From Octopus sinensis (lineage: Eukaryota), in contig NC_042999.1 of the NCBI RefSeq assembly GCF_006345805.1, positions 112,406,001-112,470,000 of the forward strand: 64,000 nt of DNA, written 5' to 3'. Within the stretch, counting starts at the first letter, position 1, and each line of letters opens with the position of its first letter. The notes under the pieces were generated by a model. The model ran no database searches and had not been told where the DNA came from. It was given only the letters and a program-made list of their open reading frames with translations. The position numbers and the translations under genes were made by a program. Below, one piece after another: positions 62,578 to 64,000 of the stretch.

Positions 62578-62745
62578 AAGGGCAGTTAGGGTGTTGTATC
62601 CACAATCGCAAGATCTTGGTTTCAATTCCCAGAACAGAAGTGCACTGAATTCTTGAGCAAAACAATTTATTTAACATTACTCCAGTCTACTCAGCTGTAA
62701 ATTGGTAACCCTGCAATGGACTGACATCCCATTCAAGGGGAACGT
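62578..62745 (+). mobile_element. SINE family C, diverged
   Basis: GCAGTTAGGGTGTTG..GGTTTCAATTCCC..TTCTTGAGCAAAACA..CTCCAGTCTACTCAGCTG. Confidence 0.6.
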
Positions 62746-64000
62746 TGGCCTGCCTAGCCAGTGGAGTGGTATCATTCAAAGGCTACACCAATACAAGGAA
62801 GTGCATTGTGACCAGCAGTGTATAAAAATATCTAGTCAATACAATGAAAAAATGCTTATATATTGTTATAATAAAAGCTACAGTATTTGAGATAAGATTC
62901 TCTGAGGTTTTACATTTTCTTGTTTAGAATTTCATACACTATTTAAACTTTTTCTATAGTGTTTTTTTTTTCTCTAGTTGGAATAGATTTATTTTATTTA
63001 TTTATTTACCTATAAGTATGTATTGTTCGCTATCATAAATTCATTGGTGAGATGTCTCAACAACGACGTCTACATTTATCCAGTGGAAGTTATCAATTTC
63101 CATGAGGGTAATTAAATGTCTATATATATATATTACTTTATATTACACATTATGGCTTACTTGCAAAGGTCTTGTTATTGAAGAATTATTATGTTTAACT
63201 TTGTTTGCTTTTTCGTTGCTTAATTCTATAATAATTCAATTTAGTTTATCTGTTAGGTGCCGAACATCATAATTATTAATGTCATTGTATAATATTATGT
63301 TCAAGTTACTACTGCATTTGCTTACAGAATTAAATTCTATATATTATATTATCCACAAATTCATCAGTTTTATTCATATTTTTATTATTAAATATCTCAT
63401 TATATTTCTATATATATATTTCTCAATAACCTTTTAGAATGTTCATTGTTGATGAAGAATTACTGGATTCTGTTTCTTTATTTAAGAGCTCTTTTATTTT
63501 GTAATTGGAGAAGAACTTTATGTAATTTTTTTTTTTTTATATATGACTATTTTTTAACATGCAACACTCACACTTCATATTAACATATATTTTTGCTTGT
63601 ATACTTAGCAAGAACAGAATTATTAGTTTATCATTTACATTTTCTATATATAATTCTATGAAAGGCAATTACTTTTAAGACTCAACTTATAGGTAAATTC
63701 AAGTATTCTGTTGTTTACCTTAGTGATTTTTAATTTCCAAATATTATCGAGTTCTTCAATGTGAAAGTCTTATTAGTCTAACTGCTTCTTTTTCCTGTCT
63801 CCATTTGGCACTAGTAATAAATAATATCATTATATGCTTAAAATTTTTGCAGTTCACTTATAATCTATTTTATCATCTATAATATATTTAAGATAAGCTA
63901 CAGACTTTTGCATGATGTTAAGAAATTTTATGAAGAAGGAAAAATAATTATAAAATAGGTTTTATTCAATATCCTAAATGAGCATTGTTTGGTATGACAG

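Overview
AT-rich, microsatellite-saturated eukaryotic DNA with no prokaryotic features and no confidently identifiable host gene, so probably intronic or intergenic. The tRNA-derived SINE families and dense TA/TG/GATA/TACA repeats look like an octopus (coleoid cephalopod) genome; that assignment is inference from repeat style. Interpretable content is almost all mobile DNA: three decayed mariners, Tigger-like and hAT-like MITEs, three Helitron derivatives, CR1, RTE, R4-like and Penelope-like (PLE) LINE remnants, and about 20 SINE copies in four families (labelled A-D here). Most striking: (1) two young Tx1/L1-clade LINEs in tandem (46346-50343, 50682-53633), both embedded in one (TATC)n array with identical 3' junctions, suggesting a GATA-microsatellite-targeting retrotransposon; (2) a type I hammerhead ribozyme with a complete canonical core at 35602-35677 (-), plus two motifs with a compensatory U3-A8 core and fold-back structures built around hammerhead-like motifs; (3) an uninterrupted, GC-richer RTE 3' fragment at 60592-61332. 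Nearly all ORFs in the supplied track are microsatellite translation artefacts. All protein family calls come from motif recognition by eye; no searches were run.
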